A stretch of DNA of 64,000 bases, taken from assembly GCA_000146045.2 (NCBI GenBank), contig BK006941.2, forward strand, positions 800,001-864,000. The letters are read 5' to 3'. This DNA is from TPA_inf: Saccharomyces (taxonomy: Eukaryota). Shown here one piece after another: positions 45,893 through 57,064 of this stretch (positions within the stretch are counted from its first letter, which is position 1; every line of letters begins with the position of its first letter). The translations under genes and the position numbers were made by a program. The notes beneath the pieces are model-generated. The model searched no databases. It was not told the origin of the DNA and worked only from the letters and a program-made list of their open reading frames with translations.

Positions 45893-46405
45893 CTACCAGA
45901 AGCGCCACCAGCTTTTAACCTGCTTATCCTGGACTATTTCCTTTGTTTTCTCCTCCGTTTCAGATCTTAGCTGAGACAGTTCATTTCTGATCCTAGCCAA
46001 CTCTTCTTTTTGCACCTCCTCCGCCCTCACCTTAGCAAAGTGATCTCTGCTTTGAACGTTATCACCGTTCCTTTCCCAAGGTGATTGAAGGGGGCCCGTC
46101 TTCCAAATTGGATCGTCACTTTGAGAAGTTTCCTTAACAATTTTCATCAAAGCCTGCTGCTCCGACTGACGTAGTTTTTTCTCCCTCTCATATTGTAAAC
46201 GTAATTCTGGGGAAAGCTGGCTGATTAACTGTTGATCTGTTGGCGTTGTGTACTTGAAAAGCAGAAACCCGCTTCCAATAATAGCGCCACCAATTGCATA
46301 GACTTTCAACCAACGTACCCACAATGGTCTTTCCATACCCAAATAATGCTTATACTGTCTTTGTTTTGCTATTACTGCCTCTCTAGGAGTTATCGCGCAC
46401 TGCAT
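45893..46405 (-). CDS. CBP4: cytochrome b mRNA/bc1 complex assembly factor, single N-terminal TM
   Basis: 170-aa ORF. It matches YGR174C. Confidence 0.8.
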
Positions 46406-46932
46406 GTATATAAAATTTTATCTTGATAAAATACCCCGGGGGATGAGCAAAAAAAGGGATATGGGGAATGAAAAGTGAGATAAACTAGCAATAATCTATT
46501 CTAATAAGTAGAACATTCACAAAGACTACTATGGTGTAATTCTGAAAGGATTTACGAGAGCACAAATACTATTATGTATAATTCTGACTGCAGAATCCGG
46601 CAAGCTTGATTTAATATCACTTAAGGAAGTAATATCGTTAATTGATAACCGAATATGAATCTCAATGCATATTTTGAAGCATATCAAGCCATTTTTCCTT
46701 TTCTGTTGGAGGCATTTTTAAGGAAAGAACAAAAAGTATAAAACACTTCGGTTAATAATAAATGATATGTGAATTTTTTTGAAAATATGTAAAATAAATA
46801 AGTAATAAATAAAAATAAGATGTGTTTATCGTAATGTACTATACAAGCCTTCCAAGCCGACTTCTGTAATAAAAAAAAAAGGTGCAGCTTAATGTTTGAC
46901 GGTTCCTATCCTCTCTCCCTTATAAGCTGTAG

Positions 46933-48423
46933 TTAACCAATCAACTCACCAAACAAAAATGGGGTGAATACTCTAATAGCTGTGATCAAAATCATAATAC
47001 CTTCCAATAAAGCCATTGGTAATCCCAAGAAACCACGTTCTTCCATGTTCAAGTAAATGGTGTAAAAAGCGACAGCGAAGAAAACCCTGGTCAATTGCAA
47101 AGGCTTTGGCAAGACACCAGACAGAAATTCAACGGGTTTGTTGACACAATCGCCACCTCTTTGGAAATATTTGAAACAACCTTTTTGTAATGCCTTCAAG
47201 TTATCGCTGTCAGCAGCGAACAAAGAATACAAAGCCACTGACAAAACGTTAATAACGGAATCGTAACTCTTTCTTTCGAAATGGTAGTCTAGTAATTCAT
47301 CCAAAACCTTTTCACGGTCGCTGAAGTCTAGGTCACCTATTTTCTTAATCAACAAGACAACATCATGCAAACCGACAGTCATACCACCACCAGTCAATGG
47401 ATGTCTCATATTTAGAGCGTCACCGATAACACACATACCAGTGACGTCGTTTTGTCTAGCTGGCAAGTAGGAGTTTGGCATAGCTCTAAATTTACCTTGG
47501 CTGACGGCTTCATCAAATGAAGGACGTAGACTCTTTGGAATGAAAGGTTGGACATCCTTAATCATCCAACTCTTGATATCAGCTGGGACCTTTGGAGAGT
47601 TGTAAGCACAAAGGATTCTTGTTTCTTCTGGACTGATTTGGTAAACCAAGATTGGCATATGATCACTACCAAGAATAACGTGACCGTGCATAGGAGCAGG
47701 ATTCTTAGCATTGAACAAAGACATACCGACAAACGAAGAACCGACAGTTGGAACATGGTCTGGGTGCAATTCCTTTCTGAAACGTGAAAAGATACCGTCA
47801 CAGATAAATGTCAAGTGGGCTTTGAATTCCACCTTGCCACGGCCATCAATGTCAACCTTGGCACCAACAACCTCATTCTTTTCATCCTTCAATATCTCAA
47901 TACAGTTACCTTGCACTCTAGTAACATTTGGCTCTTGAGCAGTAATGTTTCTCAAGTTGTTCAAGAATCTACCATGAACAAAAGCAACACCCCTTTCTCT
48001 TTCATCATCTTCGTAATCCTTGATGTGAATAGTGCTGTCTTCCAAGACCTTGTCATTACCATCTTTGACCAAGTCCTTCAATTTTTCAACTTTAGGGATA
48101 TCGGCCTTGTAAGGGTATGGAATATCAACTTGTTCGCCGTTGAAAAAGACGGTATAACCGGTAACAGGATATGCTTCGATGTTGTTGATAGATTGAATCA
48201 TACCCAGACTTCTCAATGCTCTAACACCACCTGGTTGCATCAATTCACCAACAATTCTATCAGGCATAGCCCAGTCACGTTCTACGATAAGAACTTTCTT
48301 ACCCTTTCTTGCTAGACCAGTAGCAACACATGGACCGATAACACCAGCACCGATGACAATCGCATCGTAGGTAATTGTGTTGTCGGCATTAATCAATTCA
48401 GGTGCAACGTTAACAGCAGACAT
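46933..48423 (-). CDS. ERG1: squalene epoxidase (squalene monooxygenase), FAD-dependent
   Basis: 496-aa ORF with the Rossmann FAD motif GAGVIGPCVA. It matches YGR175C. Confidence 0.9.
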   Translation of the reverse strand: MSAVNVAPELINADNTITYDAIVIGAGVIGPCVATGLARKGKKVLIVERDWAMPDRIVGELMQPGGVRALRSLGMIQSINNIEAYPVTGYTVFFNGEQVDIPYPYKADIPKVEKLKDLVKDGNDKVLEDSTIHIKDYEDDERERGVAFVHGRFLNNLRNITAQEPNVTRVQGNCIEILKDEKNEVVGAKVDIDGRGKVEFKAHLTFICDGIFSRFRKELHPDHVPTVGSSFVGMSLFNAKNPAPMHGHVILGSDHMPILVYQISPEETRILCAYNSPKVPADIKSWMIKDVQPFIPKSLRPSFDEAVSQGKFRAMPNSYLPARQNDVTGMCVIGDALNMRHPLTGGGMTVGLHDVVLLIKKIGDLDFSDREKVLDELLDYHFERKSYDSVINVLSVALYSLFAADSDNLKALQKGCFKYFQRGGDCVNKPVEFLSGVLPKPLQLTRVFFAVAFYTIYLNMEERGFLGLPMALLEGIMILITAIRVFTPFLFGELIG

Positions 48424-48511
48424 GACCCTTTTCTCGATATGTTTTTCTGTGATTTTTTTTTTTCAATTGTTCGAAATAACCTGTATTGTTCAATACTGGA
48501 CAATTGTTCTG

Positions 48512-48531
48512 ATATATATATATATATATAA
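48512..48531. repeat. (AT)10 microsatellite followed by an A16 tract in the ERG1 upstream region
   Basis: Direct read. Confidence 0.9.
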
Positions 48532-48828
48532 TTTTCAATGAAAAAAAAAAAAAAAAGAAAGAAAATTAGAAGCTAGAAAGAAATAAGGAAAAGGAAAAGC
48601 AAACAACAATAGGAAAAAAAAGCATAGAAACATATAATAGATTAAATACAAAAGATTTATTATACATGCGAGGTAAGACTATTGTCTAAGACTTATACCC
48701 GACCGAGAGCAGCCACGGCATGCATCGACTACGAGCGTATTGTGTTATATCAGCTCTGTCCGATACACTGCTTGCCTTTTGTACGAGCTCGGCCGAGCTA
48801 TACGAAGGCCCGCTACGGCAGTATCGCA

Positions 48829-50436
48829 TTAAAGCGACGCAAATTCGCCGATGGTTTGGTAGAAGAGCTTGCAGAACGATTCCCATTCGCCACGATCCCG
48901 TAGAGTGCCCTGAACCACGCTCATGTCCATGTTCATACCATTCACGTTTGTGGAGCAAACGTTTAGGCCGAACGCAAATCTCAAGGCGCCTGCAGACTGC
49001 GAGAAGATTAAATCCCGAACGTAGTACGGCTTGGTCGTATCTTGCGAGACAAGTCCTGTATTACTGATGATTGCACCGCCTCTTTGCTGGTGCAAATAAG
49101 AGTTGGCAAGAAGGCTGTCTATATTCTTGTTTTCAACGATAAAATCAAGTTGTAGGACCCCCAGACCAATCAAGTGGTCACCGTTGTCGTACGATTCTAA
49201 AAAGCGGTCATAGTAGTATTCGACAAGACTCCAAAACTTGTCATTGTCACCTTCGGGAATGTCGAATGAGGAGATTAGATAGGCGTAATGCGAACCTCCA
49301 ACGTTGGAGCCGTATTTATAAGAATCTCTTAACTCTTCATCGTTTGGTAAAAACCTTCTTGCGTTGCTTGGAATAGCCACATCGAACCCATACTCGAGAA
49401 GAGATTTTGTGAACAGCTTATCCAGTCTATACAGGGCTACAAGAAAGCACGCTTGAATGAAGGGTGTTAGGGTGCACCCATCGTGAACATTTTTCTTGAT
49501 CTGAGCTCTGATTTGTTCTACTTGCTTAGTACTGAAATGCAACAAGTAATTGTAACTAGCATTAGCATTACTAGAGGGGCTATATCTAGCTGTAAGTGTA
49601 GATTCGCTGGAGGTTTTAAAATTACAATGTTCATAAATGAAGGTTGTTAAAAAGAATTTGGGTAATGAAGTCAATGCTGGCTTGTAGTCAATACGATCCG
49701 TAATCGGTTTTGGCAATTTAGAAATTTCAGTGTAGTCTCGATCATAGTCAATGATGACTTGATCTTCGATGAACTCTTCATCATAATCAAACCCTTTTTC
49801 TTCGATTTTACAAAAGAGTAGAGCTAAATCTTTGAAAAAATTCGATCCACTGACACCGTCGGAGCCGCAGTGGTTAGTGACATAAACGAAGTTTTTCCAC
49901 GTTTCAAACCCATCAGTATCCTTACCTGGTAAACAAATCAATCTCCAATTAGGCCTCTTCGGATTACCCAGAGGTATGATTACAGGGCTAATCAATTCGA
50001 TTAACCTATTGGTGACTTTGAAATCATCCTTTTTGAACTGTTCTGAGATTTTCTCCATGACTTCTCTGTATTCTGGTTGATTATTCATAATCAAGTCATC
50101 GAATTCAAGATGAGAAATCACCTTTATGAAATCATGCTGTGGAAAAGGTTTACTAAGGTACTCTTCGCTAGAGTAGTACGCTTCATGATGAGGATAATGC
50201 TTAGGAATGATTGTATGCGCAAGAGTTGAGTATTTTTGAAGTAATACTTTCAAGACAAGCATTAGTTGTCTCTTATTAACACCTTTATTCAATTCCGCGT
50301 AAACAGTAAAATTCGAGTACATTTTCTGCCTACTCAAAACAGCAAAGTAGTTTTCCAAGTGGCCCATACGTCTTGCATGGCCACGGTCTATCAACTCTTG
50401 AGTGATATGTGGTTCGTATCCTTCTATATCTTCCAT
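48829..50436 (-). CDS. ATF2: alcohol O-acetyltransferase 2
   Basis: 540-aa ORF. The annotated protein starts MEDIEGYEPHITQ (535 aa) at the second in-frame Met. It has an HxxxD-type acyltransferase region (NHCGSDG). Confidence 0.85.
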   Translation of the reverse strand: MEDIEGYEPHITQELIDRGHARRMGHLENYFAVLSRQKMYSNFTVYAELNKGVNKRQLMLVLKVLLQKYSTLAHTIIPKHYPHHEAYYSSEEYLSKPFPQHDFIKVISHLEFDDLIMNNQPEYREVMEKISEQFKKDDFKVTNRLIELISPVIIPLGNPKRPNWRLICLPGKDTDGFETWKNFVYVTNHCGSDGVSGSNFFKDLALLFCKIEEKGFDYDEEFIEDQVIIDYDRDYTEISKLPKPITDRIDYKPALTSLPKFFLTTFIYEHCNFKTSSESTLTARYSPSSNANASYNYLLHFSTKQVEQIRAQIKKNVHDGCTLTPFIQACFLVALYRLDKLFTKSLLEYGFDVAIPSNARRFLPNDEELRDSYKYGSNVGGSHYAYLISSFDIPEGDNDKFWSLVEYYYDRFLESYDNGDHLIGLGVLQLDFIVENKNIDSLLANSYLHQQRGGAIISNTGLVSQDTTKPYYVRDLIFSQSAGALRFAFGLNVCSTNVNGMNMDMSVVQGTLRDRGEWESFCKLFYQTIGEFASL

Positions 50437-51046
50437 AATTAACCTGGACAATTTTTATTGCTGAAGTTATTATTCGTTTGAAAGTCTCAGTACTGTTTGT
50501 ACGCATTAGGAATGACATTGCTGTTACTGCAGAATTGCCCTACACATTTGTTGTTGTCTTTTAAGTAACAATTTGCTCTATTTTCACAGACCTCGAAGAA
50601 ACGTAAATCTTGACAACAAATGTTTACGATCGTTTAGGTGTATGAAAAAATATAGAATACCAAAATAGGAAACTCGTTGAATTCGTTTACTCATTATCCC
50701 GCAATATTTATCGGTGGCCTACAGAGTTCAATGTAGCCTGAGATTGTGGCGATTGAAATACTGATTACTTAAAATTTGCTAAAGCCTGTTCTATCTGAAG
50801 AAAAAAAAAAAAAATGGATGAGCCTTCCAGTTCATTGAAATTCTTCAGTTCTTATTTTTTTTTCAAAAAGAAAAGTTTCAGTACCCTGTTCCAAAAAAAA
50901 TGAAAAAAATGAAAATCCAGTATCCTTCCCATAAAAATTAAAAGTTCCATTATTTATGGGTAAGTAAGTACCACTGATTATATACCATATTTATAAAGTG
51001 CATGAATTTATTACTATATATTGCTTTTTCTGACGTGCTTCCTTCA

Positions 51047-53215
51047 CTATTTATGGCCACTGGTACTACTATTATGGTGGCCATGGTGGCTAGTTTGATG
51101 GTAATTTCTACTATGGCCATGACTGTGCATTGCCGACCCGTTCGCTGGCATGCCAGATGGACCTGATCCCATCATTCCTTGGAAGGGTATCCCTCCTGGA
51201 TACCCGAAGGCACCCATAGGAGCGCCAGGGCCAGCTGCCATAAAACCTGCAGGGACATGGGGCGAAATATTTCCTCCTCCTTCTTCAGCCCCATTGCTAC
51301 CCATAACTGGCATCATTTGAGGCATAGATGGGTGATAAAACATTGGCTGAGGTTGAAATGGCATGTACATACCCATTGACCCAGCAGCAAAGCCATTCAT
51401 CATCGGATTTGGTGATGCCGATGGACCTCCCATCGGAAAGCCCATCATCCCGCCCATATTCATGCCCATAGCTGGATTCATACCAGGCACAGCATTGCCC
51501 ATGGAGTTCAATTGGCGTTGTTGGAACCTAGTTTGAGCTTCTTGAATCGCCGTATCCTCATCTGGGAAAAATGTCTTATACGATTCTTCAATTGTATTTA
51601 ACCAGGTTGGCGCAGTAAAATAAGGTTTTTCAATAAAGAAGGGTTCCATATTCTCCGAGGCATCATCGCCTTTCTTCTTTTCATCGTGGGCCTCCTTGGA
51701 TTTGATGAACATATTAAAACTTTTTCCGAACAACACTCTCTTGGCGTCATTAGTATGAGGGTTCTTGGCACCAAAAAAGGAACCATGATTACGTCTTCTC
51801 AATGAAGTACTAGATCTCGTGGTATGGCCGGTAGATGATTGGCCTTGAGATATGTTGCTGCCACTTCTTCTAGATTCTGATTTCCCTGCAGAAATCTGTG
51901 TAGTAGGAGAAACAGTCTTGGCCGAAGGGGTTTTGCTGATCGGTTTTGGAGGCAACGAAGAATTAGATTTTAATGTAGAGCTTGACCTTTTTAAGACTTC
52001 TAGCATGTCTTTTGGAATATCATATGGAACTTTAAATTTCTCGGAAAATTTCTTCAACTCTTCAATCTGGGCTTCTTTGCTACTCAAACTTTTCTTATTC
52101 TTAGAAGTCTTTTGTGGGGGTTTTCCCTCTGGCGCACCTGCTGCTGCGGGAGTAGAGGTATCCGTGGAAACGGCATTTTCATTTTTGTTAGAATTACTCG
52201 AAGAGATAATTGCTGGATCCATATGATGAGGTTGCTGTCTTAAAGTAGGTGGGACATACCTATTCCCCTTGTTGGAATTAGGCTTAGAATTGCTTTTTAA
52301 AGCGGCCAACAACTCATCTCCTCTTCTATCAACACCAGAGTATAAGTCTTCTTCATCTAGACCAGAATCATCAATTATGATACCTCTGTCCTCTGCAATA
52401 TGAATATTACCGGAAGTTCCTTGCGATTCAATTTCCTTAGCGATTCTTTCGGCTTCTTGCAACCTCTTACTGTAATTAGGGTCATCCTTGTTAATCTTTG
52501 TTGTATACAAATGTTCATCAAAAGTTGACTTTACGCCAAACTTTTTCTCGTTCACAGCAAATTGATCCCAACTGGCAGAATCGTCTTCCAAAGCTTTACC
52601 CTTGTTGATATCAAAATGTTCCGCGCCTTCTTCGGGTGTCCATTTTTCTAACTTACGCTCCTTAATTTCTCTACCAGAACCAGAAATATCAACATCAGTC
52701 CTGAATTTCGTAACTTCATTCGATTCTCCATTTACCCTTTCCTTTTCAATATTTGTTCTGGCGGGCGTTGTTTCTTGGGCTTTGGAATTTTCCCATTTCT
52801 CATCAAGAGACAAATCAATATTCTTCAGTTCCAACTCAGCGACATCTTCACCGTGAATCAGCAAGGTTTCTCCCAAAGTCTTAGCCAAGTCATCCACAGA
52901 ATCACTAACTCCTGAATCAGCAACCCTGGGAAATCTTAATACAACATCGATACCATTAGTAGATTCCAAATTACAAGATACTAATAAACCGGTATATTTC
53001 ACACCTGAAGTAACAGTTACTGTTACATCAGAGCCTATACTATTGGCTAACAAATAATCTTGACGGTCATCAAAGTTTCTCGTAATTTCAGGGTTCTCAT
53101 AGAACATTGAACTGTTGTTTTGATTAGGGACGCCTCCATTCGTATAATTGCTGTCAGAATTACCACCCTTTCTTGAGTTGGTGGAGCTATCTCTTTTCCT
53201 AAAGTTTCCCTTCAT
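51047..53215 (-). CDS. PBP1: Pab1-binding protein, ataxin-2 homologue (LsmAD, Met/Pro/Gly-rich C-terminus)
   Basis: 722-aa ORF. It matches YGR178C. Confidence 0.9.
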   Translation of the reverse strand: MKGNFRKRDSSTNSRKGGNSDSNYTNGGVPNQNNSSMFYENPEITRNFDDRQDYLLANSIGSDVTVTVTSGVKYTGLLVSCNLESTNGIDVVLRFPRVADSGVSDSVDDLAKTLGETLLIHGEDVAELELKNIDLSLDEKWENSKAQETTPARTNIEKERVNGESNEVTKFRTDVDISGSGREIKERKLEKWTPEEGAEHFDINKGKALEDDSASWDQFAVNEKKFGVKSTFDEHLYTTKINKDDPNYSKRLQEAERIAKEIESQGTSGNIHIAEDRGIIIDDSGLDEEDLYSGVDRRGDELLAALKSNSKPNSNKGNRYVPPTLRQQPHHMDPAIISSSNSNKNENAVSTDTSTPAAAGAPEGKPPQKTSKNKKSLSSKEAQIEELKKFSEKFKVPYDIPKDMLEVLKRSSSTLKSNSSLPPKPISKTPSAKTVSPTTQISAGKSESRRSGSNISQGQSSTGHTTRSSTSLRRRNHGSFFGAKNPHTNDAKRVLFGKSFNMFIKSKEAHDEKKKGDDASENMEPFFIEKPYFTAPTWLNTIEESYKTFFPDEDTAIQEAQTRFQQRQLNSMGNAVPGMNPAMGMNMGGMMGFPMGGPSASPNPMMNGFAAGSMGMYMPFQPQPMFYHPSMPQMMPVMGSNGAEEGGGNISPHVPAGFMAAGPGAPMGAFGYPGGIPFQGMMGSGPSGMPANGSAMHSHGHSRNYHQTSHHGHHNSSTSGHK

Positions 53216-53674
53216 ATTGTTTCAATGTAATGAACTCCTTTAATTACTTCCGTGACTGAGGATGTCAGTTTTTATATCAAATCAATTTTCAAAGATTTAA
53301 TTATTGCTTCCCCTTCAAGATCAATTCGGAAATAATCGAAACGTCTTCTGGAAAGAACAAAAAGAAAGATAGAAGAAAACGCGAGTGAATGACCTATATC
53401 TTCCTTAAAGATCTATGCGATGAGAGATGCCGATTTAAGAACTGCTTTACAAAAACGCAAATCTCAAGTAAAGAAAGTGCCTCCCAATTGAGCTTTCCTT
53501 CCTTCTTTATTTTTTTTTTTTTCCAGTTTTTCATAATTTGTTGTGGCTCTCCAAGGTTTTCTGAGGCTCGTTGGCGGAGAAGTTACGTAACCCGGATGCT
53601 AATAGTGCATGATTATATATCAAATATTTAGTTATATGCATCGTAATCGTAAACTCTGAAACAATGGATTATCG

Positions 53675-54895
53675 CTAGTGTATATCTTCTTCGGTCTTAT
53701 CTTGGTGCGACTCATGGTGCGGTACAAAAACCTCTTTGATTTCTTCTTCATGTGAATCCGAAATCATTTGACCCATTGTTTCCTTAAGTTCCTTTGATTT
53801 CTTCGTATATTCTTTCAAAGAAGGTAACAACGACAGTACTTCCTCCTTATCAAGCCTCACATCGGCTGTACTTTTTATGGGGTCGTTCAACATCAGGTTC
53901 AATTCGTGGCTATCATTTCTAAAAGTTACTGGGCCATCAGGATGCATAAATCCATTAGTAGATTCTAAGCCATATGTATATTCCATTGCTTTGTTAAGTA
54001 CTGGATGCAGATCTTTTTGTATTAGCTTCTCAGTGAGTCGTTTCTTGTTGTTTGTTTTTAAATTCATGCACAACTTCCTAGTTTCCTCCAAAAGGTTTTG
54101 TTCACGTGAAAGAATTGCTTCCAATCTCTCATTATTTTGTAGTTCTTGTGAATACCGGTTTTGAATAAATTGTCGCTTAGAATAAATATACTCGATGTCT
54201 AGATCTCTTTCCGATATCCTAGAGGGAAATTTGGCCTGTCTTAGCTTCTTCTTTATCTTTGTGAGGATTATTTCAAGCAAACGTTCCTTCTTAGAATATA
54301 TTCTTTTAACCTCATTATTATCGCCATGCGTCATTTGGTTCATTTCCTTTTCGTACTTCTCAAAGACAGAATCAAGAGCGCTTACAGTGTTAGTCTCTAA
54401 TAAACGAAGTATGGATCCTATCATTATTTTAGAAGGCTTTTTCCAATGCTTTAATTCATAATTGCGCGGCAACCTTTCTCTATACTCAGCTTGTATTACC
54501 TTCCTGAATTCCCAAGGTCGTACATTGCCCTCTCCACTTGTTGCGCTTCCATCCGATAGATGAGATTGCAATTTACCTGTACTTTCCTTGCCAACCTCAA
54601 ATCGAAGTTGTTTAGATCCTTTATGATGGTATTGTCCTTCTTCTTTGTTCGTGCGCTCTTCTATTTCTCCTTCTTCAGCATCATCAGAGTTCTCATAAAA
54701 AAGCGACTTCTTTGATTGGGTGCTTTTAGCTTCTGGTGCTACGTCCAGACGTAAAGTTTTAATATCATTCACATTCATGAGAATGCTGCTATCGCTTTCA
54801 GAGGAACTTCGGTTGGGTGACAGATCCATGGCCTGGCCATTGTTAATTGAATCATTTTCAATATTTTGTAAAAAATTATCTCTATCAGCTGCCAT
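53675..54895 (-). CDS. OKP1: outer kinetochore COMA complex subunit
   Basis: 406-aa ORF. It matches YGR179C. Confidence 0.85.
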   Translation of the reverse strand: MAADRDNFLQNIENDSINNGQAMDLSPNRSSSESDSSILMNVNDIKTLRLDVAPEAKSTQSKKSLFYENSDDAEEGEIEERTNKEEGQYHHKGSKQLRFEVGKESTGKLQSHLSDGSATSGEGNVRPWEFRKVIQAEYRERLPRNYELKHWKKPSKIMIGSILRLLETNTVSALDSVFEKYEKEMNQMTHGDNNEVKRIYSKKERLLEIILTKIKKKLRQAKFPSRISERDLDIEYIYSKRQFIQNRYSQELQNNERLEAILSREQNLLEETRKLCMNLKTNNKKRLTEKLIQKDLHPVLNKAMEYTYGLESTNGFMHPDGPVTFRNDSHELNLMLNDPIKSTADVRLDKEEVLSLLPSLKEYTKKSKELKETMGQMISDSHEEEIKEVFVPHHESHQDKTEEDIH

Positions 54896-55263
54896 ACAGT
54901 ATACGTAGCACTAGTATCGCTTGAATTATTCGTCCATAGGGTGCAAGTTACCTCATCCATTGTTGCTATGTACCTCTATCTGTATTAACTTCGAGGTAGT
55001 AAACAAATGGGTGGACCGTATTGTGACTCTCCGGGTAACAAAAATATGTTATTTAAATGAAATGACCGGGATGATGGTACTCTCTGAATCTTTCCCTTAT
55101 CTACCTACAAGAAAATGGCAAATATTGTCATAATAAATATAAAAAAAAACTGTAGTTTCTTTTTAAATTTTTCTACTTAAGTTTAGTTATACTGTACCTA
55201 GGTATATATAAATATATATAAATAAAAGTGGCCAAGAATAAAAGAACGCACCCCGTCGTTGAC

Positions 55264-56301
55264 TTAGAAGTCATCATCAAAGTTAATTTCCTTGGATGGG
55301 GTAGCGGACTTAGACATGTCACTGGCCTTTTGGTAGTCGGAAACCTTCTTTTCAAAGAAGGTGGTCTTACCAGCGGTAGCGACATCCTCCATGAATTCGA
55401 ATGGGTTGACGGCGTTGTAGTATTTTTCGTTACCGAAACCTTGTAATAGACCGTCAGCGACAAATTCTATGTAGGTGTGAATGCTCTTCAAATCCATACC
55501 AAATTTTTCTACTGGCAAAGAGTTTGAGTAGTATTCCTTTTCAATTTCCACGGCTTCGGTAATGATTTTTTCAATGATCTTGGGGTTTGGCTTGGTTCTC
55601 AAATGGGCAAATAGCAAGCATGAAAAGTCAGTGTAGGCACCTCTGTCTCTACAGATGTTTCTGTTGGCCATTGCTAAACCTGGCATAATCTTTTTGTCAG
55701 TCAACCAGAACATAGAAGCATAGTTACCAGCTTGGAAAATACCTTCCTTTGCAGCAAATGCTACTAGTCTTTCAGCATACAAGCTGTCATCGTTGGAAAT
55801 CCATCTCTCGATGAAAGCAGCCTTATGCTTGACTTCAGGCAAATTGGCAATTTCCTTGAATAGAGGGATGTTCTTAGGGTCCTTGAAGAAGGCATCAACC
55901 ATCATGGAGTAAACTTCAGAGTAGATGTTTTCCATCATAATCTGGAACCCGTAGAAACTCTTACCTTCAGGGTTTTGCAATTGGGCAGAAAAGTTTTCGA
56001 TCAAGTACTTGTTGACAAGGTTGTCAGAAGAAATGGACAAGGCTAACAAGTTACCGATGTAGGTCTTCTGGTCATCAGTCAATTTTTGGAAATCTTCAGT
56101 GTCCTTAGCCAATTCGATTTCTTCCGCAGTCCAGAAAGAGGCTTCAACCTTCTTGTAAGCAGCCCAGATTTCGTGGTATTTGATAGGGAACATCACGAAT
56201 CTACGGCTGTTTTCCATCAAAAGGATTTCATCCTTTTCAGCTTCTTTCATATCATGACGTTCTTTTTGGAAAGTCTTCAAAAATTGGTTATGTGCTTCCA
56301 T
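55264..56301 (-). CDS. RNR4: ribonucleotide reductase small subunit R2' (non-catalytic)
   Basis: 345-aa ORF MEAHNQFLKTFQKERHDMKEAEKDE.... It has a ferritin-like RNR R2 fold. Confidence 0.95.
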   Translation of the reverse strand: MEAHNQFLKTFQKERHDMKEAEKDEILLMENSRRFVMFPIKYHEIWAAYKKVEASFWTAEEIELAKDTEDFQKLTDDQKTYIGNLLALSISSDNLVNKYLIENFSAQLQNPEGKSFYGFQIMMENIYSEVYSMMVDAFFKDPKNIPLFKEIANLPEVKHKAAFIERWISNDDSLYAERLVAFAAKEGIFQAGNYASMFWLTDKKIMPGLAMANRNICRDRGAYTDFSCLLFAHLRTKPNPKIIEKIITEAVEIEKEYYSNSLPVEKFGMDLKSIHTYIEFVADGLLQGFGNEKYYNAVNPFEFMEDVATAGKTTFFEKKVSDYQKASDMSKSATPSKEINFDDDF

Positions 56302-57048
56302 TGTAATAACTAATTGTGTGCGTTGCGCGGGGTTGTGTGGCTCAAAAAGATCTGTTTTTGTATTAGCAATTTTTTATTTCCCTTTTTAAATGAATTTTTT
56401 TTCTTTCTGTTTCGAGACAAGGCCTTTTGCAAAAAAAAAAAAAGTAAAAAAGTGAAATTTGATAGTGTAAGGGGACAGAGGTGGGGTCAGAAACCAATGT
56501 ATCTATTGATAGTCTTTTTTTGATCGAAAAGCCAAGAGACAAAAAATGAAGAAAATGAGAGATAAGGAATGAAACTTTAGGAACATTGAAGATTCAATCG
56601 CCGTTTTTATACGCCAGAGCTTCATGAGACCAAGGAAGGAACGGACGTCGTCTACCGATTACAGTAAGCAAAGAGGATGGTGTTGCCACAACAACGCCCA
56701 TCGGGAAGGCAAGAGACGCTGTGGTGAACAATAACTGCCAAAACGTGGTTCTCGCACGCTGAAAAGCGCGTTCTCGTGCGCCGCTTTCAGTGTGCTAGAA
56801 CTTGCACTGTCCGGTTTCCGGTGCTTGGTGTTGGGTGGTCGTACCTGCTAGTTCCATTGGTGCGGTGTATGGGCGGGTACCCTCAAAAAGGGAAACGAAG
56901 GTAGGCGCACGGTGCTTATTAAGCTCAGAGGCGACCTCGCAGAAGGGGGCAGACCACACAAGCGGTGGAGGCGCTCCAGATATTCAGTGGAGTGGGGCTT
57001 GCTCATGTTCTGTTGTTGGTTTTGGATAGAAAAAGAGCGGGTTGAATA

Positions 57049-57064
57049 GTTTGCCATGGCAACC
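57049..57064. promoter_or_regulatory. Palindromic Rfx1/Crt1 X-box-like site GTTTGCCATGGCAACC (perfect 12-bp palindrome TTGCCATGGCAA) about 750 bp upstream of the RNR4 ATG. MCB/MluI ACGCGT sites are at 57088-57093 and 57217-57222.
   Basis: Read directly. The X-box consensus TTGCCATGGCAAC is the DNA-damage-responsive element of the RNR genes. Confidence 0.55.

Noticed and set aside
47815-48315. 166-aa + ORF and 75/79-aa ORFs inside ERG1
   Set aside because: They are fully antisense to or out of frame within the well-supported ERG1 CDS. They are dubious (YGR176W-like).
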